DNA from: Nitrospiria bacterium
GTDB lineage: Bacteria > Nitrospirota > Nitrospiria > JACQCE01
DNA: 28,192 nt
Direction of reading: 5' to 3'
Assembly (NCBI GenBank): GCA_035499635.1
Contig: DATJYI010000141.1
Coordinates: forward strand, 1-28,192
Shown: positions 18,800-27,778 of the stretch, piece after piece
Layout: each line of letters begins with the position of its first letter
How positions within the stretch are numbered: position 1 is the first letter of the stretch
Position numbers and translations under genes: made by a program
The notes under the pieces: model-generated
Told to the model about the DNA's origin: nothing
Seen by the model: only the letters and a program-made list of their open reading frames with translations
Databases searched by the model: none

Positions 18800-19931
18800 C
18801 CGCCGACAGGACCGACAGGAACTCCTCCCCCAGGATTGACGCCCGCCACGGCATCAAGCGTTCGGCGATGGCGTCGGCACCGGACGTCTCCATCCGGACC
18901 AATCCCTCCATCACGCTGTTGCTGCATAGCAATCCCGGGTTCAACTTCAATCGTTCGGCGTGTCGCTGACGCACCGCTTTGAGACGGCGCAACAGATCCT
19001 CCTGTGCCTGGGTCAGGGGCGTGTGGGCCGACCGCGGCCGCGTCGGCCACTTGTCCGGTGGCAGGGCGCCCGCCCGGCGGATCGCCTCCAGTAATCGCGG
19101 TCCCTCCATCTCGATCAGGCGACGGGACACGCCTTTGACGGCGGACAGGGCGGCAAGGTCATCGGGTTGCCGTTGCGCCAGCTCCAACAGGACGTCCGGC
19201 GCGACGATCCGGAAAGGGGCTCGGTCGGCCGCGCGCGCCAATTCGTCGCGCACCTCAAGCAGCGCCTGCAGCACGGCCAGTTGTGGAGGCGTCAGGCGGC
19301 CCGCGCCCTTCACGGCGAAACAGGACGGTGCCGGTCGTGCTCCAGCCTCAAGGCCGGCGAGCCGCCCGCACTCTTCGCGCAGCCAGACGAGCCGGCCCTT
19401 GTCCTCGAGCGCCCGCGCGAGGATGTCGCTGAGCGGCAGCAGATACGCCGTATCCTCCGCCGCGTATTGGATCATCTCCGGCGGCAGGGGACGCTGGGTC
19501 CAGTCGGCTTTTTGAAAGCGTTTGTTCAGCGTGACGCCGAAGTGGCGGTGGACCAGCGCGCCAAGTCCGATTGCGTCCAGGCCGAGCAACTGCGCGGCGA
19601 TCATGGTGTCGAAGAGATGGGCGAATGCGACCCCGTAATCCCGGCCCAGGATGCGGACGTCATAGTCGGCGCCGTGCAGTATTTTTTCGATGGCCGGATC
19701 GGCGAACAACGGCAGCAGCGGTTCCACATGATCCAGTTTGAGCAGGTCGAGCAGCACGGTCTGGGTCGGCGTGGCAATCTGCAGGAGGCAGACCTGTTCT
19801 TCATAGTGATGGAAGCTGTCCGATTCCGAGTCCAACGCCAGCCGACGCTCGCGGACCAAGGCGGCCGCAAGCGCGGGGAGCGCCGCCGGATCGTCGATCA
19901 GTCGGACGGTGTCAAGGGAGGGGGAGCGCAT
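18744..19931 (-). CDS. rnd: Ribonuclease D (DEDD 3'-5' exonuclease plus HRDC); open frame extends to 20153
   Basis: ALDSESD, CLLQIAT, HGADYD, FDTMIAAQLLG, ADWTQRPL, YAAEDT, HRDC-like RDELARAADRAPFRIV. Confidence 0.9.
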   Translation of the reverse strand: MRSPSLDTVRLIDDPAALPALAAALVRERRLALDSESDSFHHYEEQVCLLQIATPTQTVLLDLLKLDHVEPLLPLFADPAIEKILHGADYDVRILGRDYGVAFAHLFDTMIAAQLLGLDAIGLGALVHRHFGVTLNKRFQKADWTQRPLPPEMIQYAAEDTAYLLPLSDILARALEDKGRLVWLREECGRLAGLEAGARPAPSCFAVKGAGRLTPPQLAVLQALLEVRDELARAADRAPFRIVAPDVLLELAQRQPDDLAALSAVKGVSRRLIEMEGPRLLEAIRRAGALPPDKWPTRPRSAHTPLTQAQEDLLRRLKAVRQRHAERLKLNPGLLCSNSVMEGLVRMETSGADAIAERLMPWRASILGEEFLSVLSAVSHARARSRRADGSPSPR

Positions 19932-20022
19932 GATGCCGGACGGGACCATTTTGGCAGAATCGGCGCCGAGTCTCAAGTGCGCTCGGAAGAGGAAATGGAT
20001 GTCCAGGGCATTGAATCGGCTC

Positions 20023-20050
20023 GCAACGCGAGCGTGAGGGGAAGGCTCCA
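20023..20050 (+). repeat. Third, partial copy of the repeat core (copy C)
   Basis: GCAACGCGAGCGTGAGGGGAAGGCTCCA is 25/28 identical to the minus strand of copy B within 15011-15050. Confidence 0.75.
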
Positions 20051-20250
20051 ATGAGGTCAACCCGGGGGCCGGTGGGGCCACAACGGTGGCCTGGGGCGTG
20101 GGGGCCATGGAGGATCCTGCTCTGCTTCTTCCGCACAGGCCCCCACATTTCATGTTGACGCGAACCCCATATAACGGTTGTCTAACGACGACGGATCTGG
20201 TAGGCTAGGCCCGTCGCTGTCTCGGCGGTCCCGCCGAGCGTGAGGAGACA

Positions 20251-21807
20251 ATGGGAATACGACGATCACGTGCACCGAAGCCGGAGGCGCCGAAGATCAA
20301 CCGGAAAATTCCGGCGACGATGGCGACCCAGCATCCTGACCACGCCAATGTCCCCTTCTGGAAACGCAACGGCGATGCATTCGTCCACGCACAGGAGGAG
20401 GTGGAGGAATGTTTCGGGGCGTTCAAGGACCTCGACTGCGAGGAATACATGTGGGATTGGGAGGGAAAATACGTCGACGAGGCGGTGGTCGACAAGCTCT
20501 TCTCCAACCATTACGAGTTTTTCTCCAACACGCACCTCGGTCGCGACGTGTTTCTGACGTTCCGTTTGCCGAACATCTGGCTGGAAAAGGGCTACCGGCT
20601 CGCCAGGGCCTACATGGGCATTCTGACGTTCGAGGACTTGTCCCGCGACCTGGGCTACGCCTCCGCGCCGGTGTTTGAAGTCATCCTCCCGATGACCGAC
20701 GAGGCGGAAAAGCTGATCCATCTGCAGCGGACGTTTGACCAGGTCGCCAAGCTCAAGGCCCGTGTCTTCAGTCAGGAGCGGGAATTCGGGCGTCTGCGCG
20801 TCATTCCGCTGATCGAAGGCGTGCAGGAGTTGACCGCAACCCGCCAGATCCTGGACGATTACGTCGAACTGTATGAAAAGGAGTACGGGGAGCGGCTCGA
20901 CTATGTCCGACCGTTTGTGGCCCGTTCGGATCCGTCGCTGAACAACGGGCTGATCGCCGCGACGGTGGCCGCCAAGGTCGCCCTGTCCGAGCATTACCGG
21001 TTTCAGGACGAGACCGGCATCCCGGTCTATCCCATCATGGGGTGCGGCTGCCTGCCCTTCCGCGGCGGCCTGTCCCCCCATCTGTTGAAAGAATTCATGG
21101 AGGAATACCGGGGGGTGCGCACCGTCACGGTGCAGTCCGCCTTCCGCTACGATTATGATTATGACGAGGTGAAAAGCGCAATCACGCATTTGAACCATGC
21201 GCTGGCCGAGGGGCGGCCCCGCATCTTTACGCCTAAACAACTCAAGCGGGGGGAGCAGATCTGCACGCTTTTCAGCGACATCTACCAACGAACGATCGAA
21301 CAGCTGGCGCCGATGGTCAACGAGGTGGCCCAGGCAATCCCCCAACGGCGGGAGCGGTTGCTCCATTTCGGCTTGTTCGGCTACGCTCGCGGCGTGCGCG
21401 GCATTCGTCTGCCCCGCGCGATCGGATTCACGGCCGCGCTCTATTCATTCGGGATTCCTCCTGAACTGATCGGCACGGGGCGCGGGCTGATGGCTGCCAA
21501 GAAGAAGGGGCTGCTCGATGACGTCGAGCAGTTCTATACGAACCTCCGGCATGATCTGCTGGAGGCGGGCACCTATCTGAACAAGGAGAATCTCCGGTTT
21601 CTCATACAGCGGTCGTCGGCGTGGCAGGACGTCGAGGCGGACATCGTTGCCATCGAGGACTATCTGGGTGAAGAGCTGGGGCCGCGCACGCCGGAGCATT
21701 TCCTGCACCGGAATTTTGCCTCCAACAGTTTTTTCCTGTGGCATGCCGGCAAGGATTTCAGTCAACCGGTGCTGGACGCCGCAAAACTGCGCCACAGTCT
21801 GGGTTGA
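20251..21807 (+). CDS. ppcA: Archaeal-type phosphoenolpyruvate carboxylase
   Basis: About 520 aa (not about 900); IPATMATQHPD, EEYMWDWEGK, LTFRLPN, FEVILPMT, VIPLIE, ARSDPSLNNG, GCGCLPFRGGLSP, LPRAIGFTAALYS. Confidence 0.93.
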   Translation: MGIRRSRAPKPEAPKINRKIPATMATQHPDHANVPFWKRNGDAFVHAQEEVEECFGAFKDLDCEEYMWDWEGKYVDEAVVDKLFSNHYEFFSNTHLGRDVFLTFRLPNIWLEKGYRLARAYMGILTFEDLSRDLGYASAPVFEVILPMTDEAEKLIHLQRTFDQVAKLKARVFSQEREFGRLRVIPLIEGVQELTATRQILDDYVELYEKEYGERLDYVRPFVARSDPSLNNGLIAATVAAKVALSEHYRFQDETGIPVYPIMGCGCLPFRGGLSPHLLKEFMEEYRGVRTVTVQSAFRYDYDYDEVKSAITHLNHALAEGRPRIFTPKQLKRGEQICTLFSDIYQRTIEQLAPMVNEVAQAIPQRRERLLHFGLFGYARGVRGIRLPRAIGFTAALYSFGIPPELIGTGRGLMAAKKKGLLDDVEQFYTNLRHDLLEAGTYLNKENLRFLIQRSSAWQDVEADIVAIEDYLGEELGPRTPEHFLHRNFASNSFFLWHAGKDFSQPVLDAAKLRHSLG

Positions 21808-21808
21808 A

Positions 21809-21922
21809 CCCGGACAGCGAGCGTAGTCCCCGCCTGTAAGGCGGGGATGAGCGTGCGAATATCAACCTGCCCTTTTCCACTCGGGTCGAAGAATCCCCGC
21901 CTGTGAGGGCGGGGTTCTTCAA
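21809..21922 (+). mobile_element. Non-autonomous IS200/IS605-type mini-element (both ends, no tnpA/tnpB)
   Basis: Left hairpin TCCCCGCC-TGTAA-GGCGGGGA (21827-21847); right end GAAT-CCCCGCC-TGTGAG-GGCGGGG-TTC-TTCAA (21891-21922), the same layout as IS608/ISDra2 right ends; preceded by TTGAA. Confidence 0.75.
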
Positions 21923-21996
21923 CGCCGGCCGCGGCTTGCCGGTCCTGACGTCCGGGCATGTGGTGGCCCGGCCCTGTCGGGCCTGATATGTGTGAA

Positions 21997-22025
21997 TTGA
22001 CAAGGTGTTGTGAATTGTTTACACT
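21997..22025 (+). promoter_or_regulatory. Sigma70 promoter of the ffh-rpsP-trmD-rplS operon
   Basis: TTGACA (21997-22002), 17 bp, TACACT (22020-22025). Confidence 0.8.
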
Positions 22026-22076
22026 GCTTTGTTTCGGGCGGGAGCCCGGAGGGATCACGGGCCCGGTGAAGCGACG

Positions 22077-23453
22077 ATGCTCGAACAGCTGACAGAACGG
22101 GTGCAGTCGTGGGTTGATCGCCTGCGGCGGGGTGGGACGCTCTCACCCGAGGAGATTGCCGGGTCATTGGGGCAATTGCGCACGACGTTGTTGGATGCGG
22201 ACGTGCATCAGGAGGTGGTGTCCTCGCTCCTTGAGCGGGTTCAAGCCCGCGCGGGGCAGTTGCGCGTGCAGGAATCGCTCAACACCGGAGATCGTATCGT
22301 GGCACTGGTGGCGCAGGAACTGGCCGCGTTGCTGGGGGATCGCCACCGGCCGTTGAGATTGGCCCCGGAACCGCCGACGGTCATCATGCTTGTCGGGCTG
22401 CAGGGTGCGGGCAAGACGACGACGGCGGGCAAACTGGCCCGCCTGCTCAAACAACAGGGACGGCGGCTGTTGCTGGTGGCCGCCGATCCGAGACGGCCGG
22501 CCGCCACGGAGCAATTGCAGGCGCTCGGGCGGCAGTTGCTGGTCGACGTCGTCGGCGATTCCGGCGCCCTGGCGTCGGCCGGTGCGGGAGAGGCGGGTGG
22601 CGCTGCCGCGGTGGCGCTCTGCAAGGCGGCTGTTGATCGGGCGCGATCTCGGGCGACCGAGGTCGTGATCATCGATACGGCCGGCCGGCTGCACATTGAT
22701 CAGGCGCTGATGGACGAGTTGCGGGCGATTCATGGGGCGGTCAGGCCGCAGGAAATCTGGCTGGTAGTCGACGGGATGATGGGCCAGGAGGCGGTGGCCA
22801 CGGCGCGGGCGTTTGCCGCGGCGGTGCCGGTGACCGGTGTGATGATGACGAAACTGGACGGGGATGCGCGCGGAGGCGCCTTGCTCTCCATCCGGGCGAT
22901 GACGGGCCTGCCGGTGACGTATCTCGGCACCGGTGAAAAGATGGACGCGCTGGAGGCTTTCCATCCCGACCGGATGGTGTCCAGACTCATCGGCCGCGGG
23001 GATCTGCTTTCGTTGATGGAGCGGGTGGCGACCGTGCAGGCGGAACCGCATCGCGCAGCCGAGCTGGCCCGCAAGATCATGCGGGAGGAGTTGACGCTGG
23101 ACGATTTCCGCTCCCAGCTGGCGCAGATGGCCTCGATGGGGCCGGTGGAGGAGTTGCTGGCCATGGTGCCCGGCGGCCACCGGCTGAAGGGAGCGGTGCC
23201 CGAGGGCGCCGCCCAGGCGCAGATGAAGCGGGCGACGGCGATCATCGATTCGATGACGCCGCAGGAGCGGCGCGCGCCGGATGTGTTGAACGGGCGGAGA
23301 CGGCTCCGTATTGCGAAGGGCAGTGGAACGACGGTGCAGGACGTCAACCAATTGGTGCGTCAATTTATCGATGCGCGCCGGATGATGAAGCAGGCGGCGG
23401 GGCGGCCCGATCGGAGCGGTCGGACTGGACTTCGGCGCCTAATGGGTTCGTAA
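22077..23453 (+). CDS. ffh: Signal recognition particle protein Ffh
   Basis: [30 protein letters not shown] domain TLDDFRSQL...[10 protein letters not shown]...RIAKGSG. Confidence 0.96.
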   Translation: MLEQLTERVQSWVDRLRRGGTLSPEEIAGSLGQLRTTLLDADVHQEVVSSLLERVQARAGQLRVQESLNTGDRIVALVAQELAALLGDRHRPLRLAPEPPTVIMLVGLQGAGKTTTAGKLARLLKQQGRRLLLVAADPRRPAATEQLQALGRQLLVDVVGDSGALASAGAGEAGGAAAVALCKAAVDRARSRATEVVIIDTAGRLHIDQALMDELRAIHGAVRPQEIWLVVDGMMGQEAVATARAFAAAVPVTGVMMTKLDGDARGGALLSIRAMTGLPVTYLGTGEKMDALEAFHPDRMVSRLIGRGDLLSLMERVATVQAEPHRAAELARKIMREELTLDDFRSQLAQMASMGPVEELLAMVPGGHRLKGAVPEGAAQAQMKRATAIIDSMTPQERRAPDVLNGRRRLRIAKGSGTTVQDVNQLVRQFIDARRMMKQAAGRPDRSGRTGLRRLMGS

Positions 23454-23476
23454 CAGGCAAGGGAAGGAGCAGAGCG

Positions 23477-23722
23477 GTGGTCAAAATTCGATTGTCTCGT
23501 CGTGGCCGGCACAAATTGCCGTTCTATCGGATCGTCGTGGCGGATGAGCGCTTTCCGAGGGACGGGCGGTGCCTGGAAGTGGTGGGCACGTACAATCCGT
23601 TGAGTAGCACAAACCAGGCAGAGGTCAAGGCGGACCGGGTGCGGATGTGGCTGAACCGGGGCGCTCAGGCGACCCCGACCGTGCGGCGCATTCTGCATCG
23701 AGCGGGTGTGGCCAAGGGGTAG
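23477..23722 (+). CDS. rpsP: 30S ribosomal protein S16
   Basis: [49 protein letters not shown]. Confidence 0.96.
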   Translation: MVKIRLSRRGRHKLPFYRIVVADERFPRDGRCLEVVGTYNPLSSTNQAEVKADRVRMWLNRGAQATPTVRRILHRAGVAKG

Positions 23723-23727
23723 TCGCC

Positions 23728-24522
23728 GTGCGTGTAGTGTTTGTCACGCTGTTTCCCGGCATGATCGAACCCGTGCTGGGACAGAGCATGCTCAAGCGTG
23801 CCGTGGACAAAGGGCTGCTGGGTGCGGCCGTGATCAACCTGAGGGAATTCACCCATGACCGTCACCAGGTGGCCGACGACGCGCCCTATGGCGGGGGACC
23901 GGGCATGGTATTGAAGCCTGAGCCGATTTTCGAGGCGGTGGAGACGATTCGACAACAGGAAGGCCCAGTGCGGCTGGTCTGCCCGTCGCCCCAGGGCCGG
24001 CCATTGACGACGGCGCTTGCGCGGGACTTGGCGTGCGAACGCCGCAGCCTGGTCATGCTGTGCGGTCATTATGAGGGGATCGATGAACGGGTTCGGATCG
24101 GTCTGGATCCCGAGGAAATTTCGATCGGCGATTATGTGGTGACCGGCGGCGAATTGCCGGCGCTGGTGATCGTGGATGCGGCGGCGCGATGGGTGCCAGG
24201 GGTGCTGGGCGCGTCCGAAAGCGTGGTGGCGGAATCGTTCGCGGGGCCGTTGCTGGACCATCCCCACTACACACGGCCGGCCGAATACCGCGGGATGGCG
24301 GTCCCGCCGGTCCTGTTGGGCGGTGATCACGGAGCCATTGCACGATGGCGGCGCCGGCAGGCGTTGCTGAGGACCAAATTCCGGCGGCCGGAGTTGCTGG
24401 CGGACGCCGGGCTCACCAGCGAGGAACAGGAGTGGTTGAACGAAACGGAGACGGATCCGCCGCCGGCGATGCCGGCGACGAGCAGGCAGAAGATGAAGGA
24501 GCGAAGTCATGAATCGGATTGA
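23728..24522 (+). CDS. trmD: tRNA (guanine-N1)-methyltransferase
   Basis: VTLFPGM, DDAPYGGGPGM, CGHYEGIDER, SIGDYVVTGGE, HYTRP; GTG start 5 bp after rpsP. Confidence 0.96.
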   Translation: MRVVFVTLFPGMIEPVLGQSMLKRAVDKGLLGAAVINLREFTHDRHQVADDAPYGGGPGMVLKPEPIFEAVETIRQQEGPVRLVCPSPQGRPLTTALARDLACERRSLVMLCGHYEGIDERVRIGLDPEEISIGDYVVTGGELPALVIVDAAARWVPGVLGASESVVAESFAGPLLDHPHYTRPAEYRGMAVPPVLLGGDHGAIARWRRRQALLRTKFRRPELLADAGLTSEEQEWLNETETDPPPAMPATSRQKMKERSHESD

Positions 24523-24961
24523 GGCATTGGAACGGTCATGGATGAAGAAAACGACGCCAGCTTGTCGGGTGGGCGATCTGATCCGAATCCATGTGCGAGT
24601 GATTGAGGGAGAGAAACAACGGGTGCAGCCCTTCGAGGGTGTGGTGATTGGGCGCCGGGGCGGCCTGCATCGTGAGATGATCACGGTGCGCAAGGTGTCC
24701 TACGGCGTGGGGGTGGAGAGGATCTTCCCCATCCACTCACCGTTCGTGGAGCGGATCGAGGTCATCAGGTCGGGCAAGATCCGGCGGGCGAAGCTCTACT
24801 TCCTGCGCAAACTCAGCGGACGCGCGGCCAAGCTCACCGAGCGGGAGGCACTCTCAACCCAGTCAACAGAATCGGCCGTCAGTGACGGGGATCAGACGGT
24901 GGCCGCATCGGAGAAAATCGGGGCTGGCGCGGGCGATGGGGGGGCCCGAACGTCCTCATGA
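24509..24961 (+). CDS. rplS: 50S ribosomal protein L19 with C-terminal extension
   Basis: EGEKQRVQPFEGVVI, TVRKVSYGVGVERIFP, RRAKLYFLR. Confidence 0.97.
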   Translation: MNRIEALERSWMKKTTPACRVGDLIRIHVRVIEGEKQRVQPFEGVVIGRRGGLHREMITVRKVSYGVGVERIFPIHSPFVERIEVIRSGKIRRAKLYFLRKLSGRAAKLTEREALSTQSTESAVSDGDQTVAASEKIGAGAGDGGARTSS

Positions 24962-25023
24962 GAGTCTCATGAAGCCGTCGTGATGCCTGCGGGACGCCCA
25001 CATAATGCCCCCGGAGTTTTGGA

Positions 25024-25758
25024 GTGCCCGTGAGCGGGGTGGAAACGGGGTGGTCAGCGCGTTGTCGCGTATGGGAGCTGACGCTACGCGTGCTGGGGTA
25101 CCGTTTCATCGCAGGTGTAGATGAGGCCGGGCGCGGCTCGCTGGCAGGCCCGGTGGTCGCCGCGGCGGTGGTCTTACCGGATGCCTTCTCTTCTGAGGGC
25201 ATCGATGATTCCAAACGGCTGTCGCCTGCGCAACGTGAGGGAGCCTTCGCTCGGATCATGGCCGACGCGTCGGCCGTGGCCGTAGGGATCACGCCGCACG
25301 ACGACATCGACCGCATCAACATTTTTGAGGCCACGAAGCAAGCGATGCGGCAGGCTGTCATGACGCTGCGACCGCCCCCCGACTTCCTGCTCATCGACGG
25401 TGCGGCACTGCCGTGCGCGTGGCCCGTCTGGGGGTTGATCAAAGGTGATCGCCGGGCGTTGCCGATCGCCGCCGCTTCGATTATCGCGAAAGTGACCAGG
25501 GATCGGTTGATGACCCTGTACGATGGTCAGTACCCCGGTTACGGATTTGCTGTGCACAAGGGGTACGGGACACCTGACCATTTGGCGCATTTGAGCCGCT
25601 TGGGCGCCTGCGCCATTCACCGCAAAAGCTTTCAGCCGGTGAAGCGCGCCGGGATGAGGGCGGGTGCGAGTGTCGATCACGCCGAAACGTCTTCCAGGCC
25701 TGCCCCTGGGCAGGCTCCCACACGTGTTCCCAAAGTCGTTCCCAAACATGTTCAATGA
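25024..25758 (+). CDS. rnhB: Ribonuclease HII (exact start uncertain)
   Basis: [49 protein letters not shown]. Confidence 0.95.
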   Translation: MPVSGVETGWSARCRVWELTLRVLGYRFIAGVDEAGRGSLAGPVVAAAVVLPDAFSSEGIDDSKRLSPAQREGAFARIMADASAVAVGITPHDDIDRINIFEATKQAMRQAVMTLRPPPDFLLIDGAALPCAWPVWGLIKGDRRALPIAAASIIAKVTRDRLMTLYDGQYPGYGFAVHKGYGTPDHLAHLSRLGACAIHRKSFQPVKRAGMRAGASVDHAETSSRPAPGQAPTRVPKVVPKHVQ

Positions 25759-26194
25759 CGCGCAGCGGTTCGGTCGGGAAAGCGAGGTGGAGGCGGCCCG
25801 TTATCTGCAAGGGGCCGGATATCGAATTGTCGCGCGCAACTATCGGACCCCATTTGGGGAGATCGACCTGGTTGCCTACGACGGCGACGTCCTCGCATTT
25901 GTGGAAGTCAAGGCCCGCCGCAGCGAACGATTCGGCGCACCCCACGCGTCCGTCACCGCCGACAAACGGCGACGGTTGACCCGGGCTGCACTGGCCTATC
26001 TGGCCGGGTTGCGGCCGATGCGCGCCGGAGCCAAGCACGCCGGTTGCATCAACCCGGCCGACCGTCGCGACGAGTCGCCGGCGTGCCGGTTTGATCTTGT
26101 GGTGGTCGAACGTGTAGGAGGGAATGATGGCGGGGGCCGGTGCAGGATCGAGCTGCTGAAGGATGTCTTTTCCCCCGACGGGAACGGCGGGTGA
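25748..26194 (+). CDS. yraN: YraN family (UPF0102) nuclease-like protein
   Basis: [31 protein letters not shown]; usual position after rnhB. Confidence 0.9.
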   Translation: MFNDAQRFGRESEVEAARYLQGAGYRIVARNYRTPFGEIDLVAYDGDVLAFVEVKARRSERFGAPHASVTADKRRRLTRAALAYLAGLRPMRAGAKHAGCINPADRRDESPACRFDLVVVERVGGNDGGGRCRIELLKDVFSPDGNGG

Positions 26195-26204
26195 ACGGGC
26201 CGGA

Positions 26205-26897
26205 ATGATTCAGCTGTATCATGTGACCAAGCGCTACGGCCGTTCGTCGCCTGCGCTCAATGATGTGACGCTGCAGATCGACCGGGGCGAGTTCGTCTGT
26301 GTCACCGGTCCCAGCGGCGCCGGCAAAACGACGCTGCTCAAACTGATTTTTTGCGAGGAACGGGCCGACCAGGGCCAAATTGTGGTAATGGGACGCAATA
26401 TCAGCCGCCTGCCTGCCCGCAAAGTCCACACGGTCAGACGGTTGATCGGGATGGTGTACCAGGATTTCAAATTGTTGCCCACCCGGTCATTGTTTGACAA
26501 TATCCTGCTGGCGCCGCGTGTGGCCGGCTGCACGATTTCGGAGGCCAACCAACGCGCGATGTTTTCGCTCAGGACGGTGGGACTGGAGAAGAAGCGGGTC
26601 GCACTGCCCAGAGAGTTGTCGGCGGGGGAGCAACAACGGGCCTGCATTGCTCGGGCATTGGTCAACGAACCGCCCGTGTTGCTGGCCGACGAGCCGACCG
26701 GCAACCTGGATGAGGAATTGACATGGGACATCGGCGAACTGCTGCGCGGCATCCATCTGCGGGGCACGACCATCGTGCTGGCGACGCACAACCGGTCGCT
26801 GATCGCGCGGCTTGGATGCCGCGTCATCACCCTGCGGGACGGCGCCGTGGTCAAAGACGAGGGCGGCGGGGGTGAGGCGACTCCTCTTTTGTCTTGA
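26205..26897 (+). CDS. ftsE: Cell division ABC ATPase FtsE
   Basis: GPSGAGKTTLLKLI, GMVYQDFKLL, LSAGEQQR, LLADEPTGNLD, LATH; followed by ftsX. Confidence 0.9.
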   Translation: MIQLYHVTKRYGRSSPALNDVTLQIDRGEFVCVTGPSGAGKTTLLKLIFCEERADQGQIVVMGRNISRLPARKVHTVRRLIGMVYQDFKLLPTRSLFDNILLAPRVAGCTISEANQRAMFSLRTVGLEKKRVALPRELSAGEQQRACIARALVNEPPVLLADEPTGNLDEELTWDIGELLRGIHLRGTTIVLATHNRSLIARLGCRVITLRDGAVVKDEGGGGEATPLLS

Positions 26898-27774
26898 AGA
26901 ACTGAGCCGGCATTTGCGGGAACATCGGGGCGTCGTGGCGTTGGCGGTGTCCACGATGGCGGTGGCATTTTTTCTGCTTGGTCTGTTTCTGCTGGTCTGG
27001 GTCAATGTTCGTGACATGGTTCGGGTGGCCTCGGATGAAGCCCGCGTCCAGGTGTTTTTGAAGGATGGGCTTGACCAGAGCCGCCGGGATGCCATCCGTG
27101 CGCAGCTGGAGCACGAGCCGGCGGTGGAATCGGTCGCGTATGTCTCGGAAGATGAGGCGTTGAGTCGGTTCAAGGCGCGCCTGAAGGATCAGGCTGTGCT
27201 GCTGGAGGGATTGGGGTCCAATCCGCTGCCGGCATCGTTCGATGTGAAGCTGCACCAGGGACCTGCCGTCCTGTCCGGGTTGTCCTCGCTGGCCGACCGG
27301 ATCCAATCCTGGGACGGGGTGGAGATGGTGCGCTACGGACGTGAGTGGGTCGACCGGTTCCGCGTGTTCTGGACGTTTGTCAAGGCACTGGGCGTGGGGC
27401 TGGGCGCCCTTGTGGTGATCGCGGTCGTGGCGATCGTCACCAATACGATCCGGTTTATGATCGGCGCGCGGAGCATCGACATTATGGTCTTGAGAATCGT
27501 GGGTGCATCTCCCGCGGTCATTGCGCTGCCGTATCTGTTGGAAGGGATCTTGCTGGGTGTCATCAGCGTGTCTGTGGCGATCGGACTGCTGGCTGCTCTG
27601 GTGATCGAGTTCGGTCCGACGTTGGAGGTCATCGGCGGCTTTCTGTTGGGGCGCGGCGGGGTCCGGTTTCTGTCGATCGATGTGGTGATGCTGTGGCTCG
27701 CCGTCGGTGTGCTGCTCGGCGGAGCGGGCAGTCTGATTGCGCTGAGGCGCCATTTTCGCTGGGCGGCCGGGTGA
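26872..27774 (+). CDS. ftsX: Cell division permease FtsX
   Basis: N-terminal TM, periplasmic VFLKD...YVSEDEAL...NPLPASFDV, three C-terminal TMs, LRIVGAS, PYLLEG. Confidence 0.88.
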   Translation: MRRLLFCLEELSRHLREHRGVVALAVSTMAVAFFLLGLFLLVWVNVRDMVRVASDEARVQVFLKDGLDQSRRDAIRAQLEHEPAVESVAYVSEDEALSRFKARLKDQAVLLEGLGSNPLPASFDVKLHQGPAVLSGLSSLADRIQSWDGVEMVRYGREWVDRFRVFWTFVKALGVGLGALVVIAVVAIVTNTIRFMIGARSIDIMVLRIVGASPAVIALPYLLEGILLGVISVSVAIGLLAALVIEFGPTLEVIGGFLLGRGGVRFLSIDVVMLWLAVGVLLGGAGSLIALRRHFRWAAG

Positions 27775-27778
27775 CGCG

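Noticed and set aside
20155-20175. TTGACG...TATAAC as a ppcA promoter
   Set aside because: Spacer is only 9 bp
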